From contig NZ_JAYKGW010000254.1 of the NCBI RefSeq assembly GCF_035285525.1, forward strand, positions 1-17,281: DNA of 17,281 bases, written 5' to 3'. The number at the start of each line of letters is the position of its first letter. The stretch's first letter is position 1. Of the stretch, positions 14,457 to 17,281 are shown in pieces. Both the position numbers and the translations under genes were made by a program. The notes beneath the pieces were generated by a model. That model did no database searches. It was given only the letters and a program-made list of their open reading frames with translations, and was not told the DNA's origin. Source of the stretch: Okeania sp. GTDB lineage: Bacteria; Cyanobacteriota; Cyanobacteriia; Cyanobacteriales; Microcoleaceae.

Positions 14457-14834
14457 GGAGAGTACAAATTTAGAATTTAGAATTTAGAATTTAGAGTTGG
14501 AAAGTATACTGACAGTATGATTAGGAAAGGCTTACAAAACTTAAAGTTCCGAATATAAACAGGACTTACGCAACTGCAACGTATTTTCGTCGGATACGAC
14601 GGTCGGGAAGCAATCTCAAACCCCTGTATTTCCTACCTCATGGCTTTAGTCCTCATAAAGTTTATCACCTTGAGATAGCTGAAAGTTTTAGCTAGTAATA
14701 CAGCGGATTCGATCAAGCGTATGGTACAGCCATGACAGCCTAGAAGGCTGAACTGCAAAGGTTTTATCATTAATATTTGTACAACATAAACTTGGAATAC
14801 GCTGTAATTATCCCTAGAACTTTGTACTGTCTAG
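14457..14834. mobile_element. MITE-like element, family A, copy 2, expanded by nested insertions and an (ATTTAGA)x4 STRR
   Basis: Both ends are identical to copy 1 (14-mer and 22-mer, see 2719..2877). The interior is collinear with copy 1 but interrupted at about 14561..14653 and about 14690..14805. The STRR atttaga x4 lies at 14468..14495. The element begins 64 bp upstream of the rplS start codon. Confidence 0.6.
14561..14653. mobile_element. 93-bp MITE-like insertion nested in family-A copy 2 (termini AGGACTTACGCA / TCATGGCTTTAGTCCT)
   Basis: It starts with aggacttacgca and ends with tcatggctttagtcct, so both ends share the AGGACT terminus. The family-A sequence resumes on both sides of it. 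It contains the motif aagcaatctcaaa, also seen at 2598..2610 and in inverted form at 17047..17059. Confidence 0.5.
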
Positions 14835-15092
14835 ATCAATATCTTGACACTATTACTATTCTGATATATCAAAGTTGACCCTGCTTTTCAGTTTTATAGA
14901 ACTTAGGCAGAAACCCGGTTTCTCAAGGAAATTTCCTGGTTTTAGCAACAATATCACAACCATAAACCGGGTTTCTTAGTCGCTTTGCGTAAGTCCTGTT
15001 TTATTGTTCAATTGTTTTAATATTATGGTGAAAGCATTATGTCCCAAAAATACCGAGACTTTTAGAATATTGTGAGCTTCAGATTAACAAAC

Positions 15093-16853
15093 ATGGAAAG
15101 GAATATGAATACTCAACCTTCAAATCAGGGAGGCGAAACTCCTCAATCAGCGGAAGAAGTCCTAAAATTAGTTATTCAAGACTTAAGTAGTTTTCGCCAA
15201 AATTTTATAGATCACTTAGGCCAAGATGTCAATAGACTAAGAGTAGAAAAAGAGCAGCTCAATGAGGATGTAAATAAATTACGAAAACAATATGAACATT
15301 TGCAATCTCAACAATTAGAATCTTTGTCTCAGCGACAAATAGCCCAACAACAATTATGGCTCAAACAATTAGCCCAAGTTTTGGCCAATAATTTGCAACA
15401 ACAGTTAGGCCATAAAATTAAAGAGTTAAGGGAGAGTGTTGACCCAGGATTACAAACAGTTAGTTTTCCTGAAGGACAGTTGCCAATGACTGTTCCTGAA
15501 GATAGCTATGATGAGTCTGCTAATGAGTTGGGATATTCGTTGTCTAGTGCTTTGGGTAGAACATTTGATACTATCAAACACGAGTTGGACAGTTATGAAA
15601 GTGACCTTTCTGTGCAACTAAATAATATCCGTGGTATTGAACAGCAATGTGAGGTTATTCTAGAAAATTTGGTCAGTCGCCTACAAGTACAACTAGAGAG
15701 AAATAGTACCATTTCATCTGAAACTTATCAAAATTCTCAGTCTGGAGCAACGAACTCAGTCAATATTACTTATGGTGAAAGAACAACTGCTGTTAAGTCC
15801 CCAGAAACAGCAGCAATAAGTAAACCTGAATCTACTAAATCTCAAAAGTCTGTTTCTCAAGTTCCAATAGGTTTAATTTTGGCTCTACTTTCAGCAGCAT
15901 TATTATCTTTATTAAATGTTTGTGTCAAGATTATTTTCAATACACTACCACAGCCGCATCAAATTTTTGGTGGTTTATTCTCAATGCCAGGATTAATTAG
16001 TCCTAATTTTGGTAATTCTTTATTAATTTTATTACTACGATTAATAGTGGTAATGTTGTTGATGCCTGTAGTCGCAACATTTCTTTATCCTGCGGTTTGG
16101 AGTGATATTGAACGTTTTATTAAATCTAAAGATTTTTCCTTGTGGTGGAAAGTTATTGGTAGTGCTTTCTTTTTGTTTTTATCTCAGGTATTAATTTATA
16201 TTTCTATTGGTAATATACCTACTGGTATTGCGATTACAATTTTCTTTATTTATCCAATTATTACTGTTTTATTATCGTGGTTTTTATTTGGCGATCGCCC
16301 TTCTTTGATGAGAAGTTTTGCTATTATTATTATTGGTTTGGGAGCGATTTTAGTTATTCCGAATGGAGTTGCTAATTATCAACAGGGAGTTTGGGCTGGA
16401 GTAGGTGCTGGTGTTACTTTTTCTGGATATGTTTTACTATCACAAATGTCGGCAGGAAAGCTTCATCCTATTCCTTTTGGTTTAGTTAATTTTGCGGGAA
16501 TTTTTGTATTTTCTGCTTTAGGTTTAATTATACCTAAACCTATAGAATGGTCGGCTAGTATCGATCCGAATGTGTGGTCTGGTTTAATTGTTGGTGGTAT
16601 TATTTTAGGAATTTTAGCAATTTCTAGTTATGCTTTAAATAGTTTAGCTACTAGATTTGCTGGAGCGGCAAGAGCATCTATTATTGGTACTTTTAGTCCG
16701 GCTTTAACTGGTTTACTTGCCTTTTTTACTATTGGAGAAGCGTTAGGGGTAAGAGAGGTTTTTGGCATAATTTTGGTAATTATTGGTGTTGCGACAATGA
16801 GTTTTGAAAGAATGTTTGGCAGGAGGAAGGAAGAAGGAAGAAGGAAGAAGTAA
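15093..16853 (+). CDS. Fusion protein: N-terminal coiled-coil/low-complexity cytoplasmic region (about 265 aa) plus a C-terminal EamA/DMT-family 10-TM transporter
   Basis: The ORF is open from a GTG at 15072. The ATGs at 15093 or 15105 (preceded by GGAAAGGAA) are more likely starts. The N-terminal part is a heptad-like, Q/L/E-rich sequence (LRVEKEQLNEDVNKLRKQYEHLQSQQLESLSQRQIAQQQLWLKQLAQ). From about residue 265 there are two runs of roughly five hydrophobic helices typical of EamA duplications. The last roughly 9 codons (RRKEEGRRKK) are encoded by the STRR array. Confidence 0.8.
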   Translation: MERNMNTQPSNQGGETPQSAEEVLKLVIQDLSSFRQNFIDHLGQDVNRLRVEKEQLNEDVNKLRKQYEHLQSQQLESLSQRQIAQQQLWLKQLAQVLANNLQQQLGHKIKELRESVDPGLQTVSFPEGQLPMTVPEDSYDESANELGYSLSSALGRTFDTIKHELDSYESDLSVQLNNIRGIEQQCEVILENLVSRLQVQLERNSTISSETYQNSQSGATNSVNITYGERTTAVKSPETAAISKPESTKSQKSVSQVPIGLILALLSAALLSLLNVCVKIIFNTLPQPHQIFGGLFSMPGLISPNFGNSLLILLLRLIVVMLLMPVVATFLYPAVWSDIERFIKSKDFSLWWKVIGSAFFLFLSQVLIYISIGNIPTGIAITIFFIYPIITVLLSWFLFGDRPSLMRSFAIIIIGLGAILVIPNGVANYQQGVWAGVGAGVTFSGYVLLSQMSAGKLHPIPFGLVNFAGIFVFSALGLIIPKPIEWSASIDPNVWSGLIVGGIILGILAISSYALNSLATRFAGAARASIIGTFSPALTGLLAFFTIGEALGVREVFGIILVIIGVATMSFERMFGRRKEEGRRKK

Positions 16854-16900
16854 GAAGTAAGAAGTAAGAAGTAAGAAGTAAGAAGTAAGAAGTAAGAAGA
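16824..16900. repeat. STRR heptamer array (AAGAAGG)x3 (AAGAAGT)x7 spanning the stop codon of the transporter gene
   Basis: Counted unit by unit. The stop TAA at 16851..16853 is created at the junction of the first AAGAAGT unit and the next. Confidence 0.9.
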
Positions 16901-17087
16901 AGGAAAAAGGTTTTAGTTATTTAGGAGAGAAAGGAAAAGGAAAGTAGATGAGTTTAATAGATCAATATTGTTCAATATCAAATTCGGATAATTATACCCA
17001 AGTCATTGAGACTAGAACGGAGTGGAAGGAAGTAATCTCCAGAAACTTTGAGATTGCTTTCTTCCTTCACAATGACGATTGTTCAAT

Positions 17088-17281
17088 ATTAATTATTCAC
17101 TTTCCACCCTTTTTTTTATTAATTTGATCTTATTCAAAAACCCTAATTATTAATTATTCATTATTTTCCACATTCTTTATTTAAACTGATACTACCGGAT
17201 TTGATATTATCTAAAAACCCTAATTATTAATTATTCATTATTAATTATTCATTACTTCTCACATTCTTTATTTAAACGGAT
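17088..17281. repeat. Tandem direct repeat, about 77-bp period, about 2.7 copies, truncated by the window end
   Basis: The units at 17136..17212 and 17213..17281 share aaaaaccctaattattaattattcatta...c(c/t)cacattctttatttaaac.gat. A shorter, diverged unit lies at 17088..17135. Confidence 0.7.

Noticed and set aside
16948-17127. 59-aa plus-strand ORF after the transporter gene (MSLIDQYCSISNSDNY...)
   Set aside because: It overlaps an inverted copy of the dispersed aagcaatctcaaa motif and runs into the tandem repeat. It has a hydrophobic low-complexity tail and no supporting similarity. It might be real but cannot be supported from the sequence.
17088-17281. Possible CRISPR array
   Set aside because: The full roughly 77-bp unit repeats, including what would be the spacer. 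There are no unique spacers, no GC-containing palindromic repeat and no cas genes in the window.

Overview
This is a chromosomal window from a filamentous, heterocyst-forming-type cyanobacterium (Nostocales-like). The evidence is AT-rich DNA, several HIP1 GCGATCGC sites (about 6571, 7235, 9303, 16292), many heptamer STRR arrays and dense MITE-like repeats. All coordinates for repeats and RNA structures were worked out by hand.

Gene content:
- About half the window is the conserved minus-strand block rplS, tRNA-Trp(CCA), secE, nusG, rplK, rplA, rplJ, rplL (14393 down to 8482).
- The left half holds a co-oriented minus-strand string: a HisRS-family paralog (5429..6985), a long-form HisG-like ATP phosphoribosyltransferase (4041..5057), a small 7Fe-type ferredoxin (2894..3121) and a KamA-family radical SAM enzyme (691..2031).
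- A Rieske non-heme-iron oxygenase (7295..8290, +) is divergent from the HisRS paralog.
- The right end encodes a coiled-coil/EamA(DMT) transporter fusion (about 15093..16853, +).
- Intergenic spacers are unusually long because they are filled with nested MITE-like elements, palindromic dispersed repeats and STRR arrays.

Most of the window is ordinary housekeeping DNA. No recognisable defence, toxin-antitoxin or CRISPR system is present.

Items most worth a second look:
1. The HisRS paralog has lost the invariant motif-3 arginine but keeps an anticodon-binding-like domain, and it sits next to a long-form HisG.
2. That pair may form a functional group with the ferredoxin, the KamA-like enzyme and the Rieske oxygenase.
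3. A roughly 515-bp foldback (long inverted duplication) lies directly 3' of tRNA-Trp and is followed by an intrinsic terminator.
4. Terminator-like and rRNA-mimic-like structures occur in the rplJ and rplA leaders.
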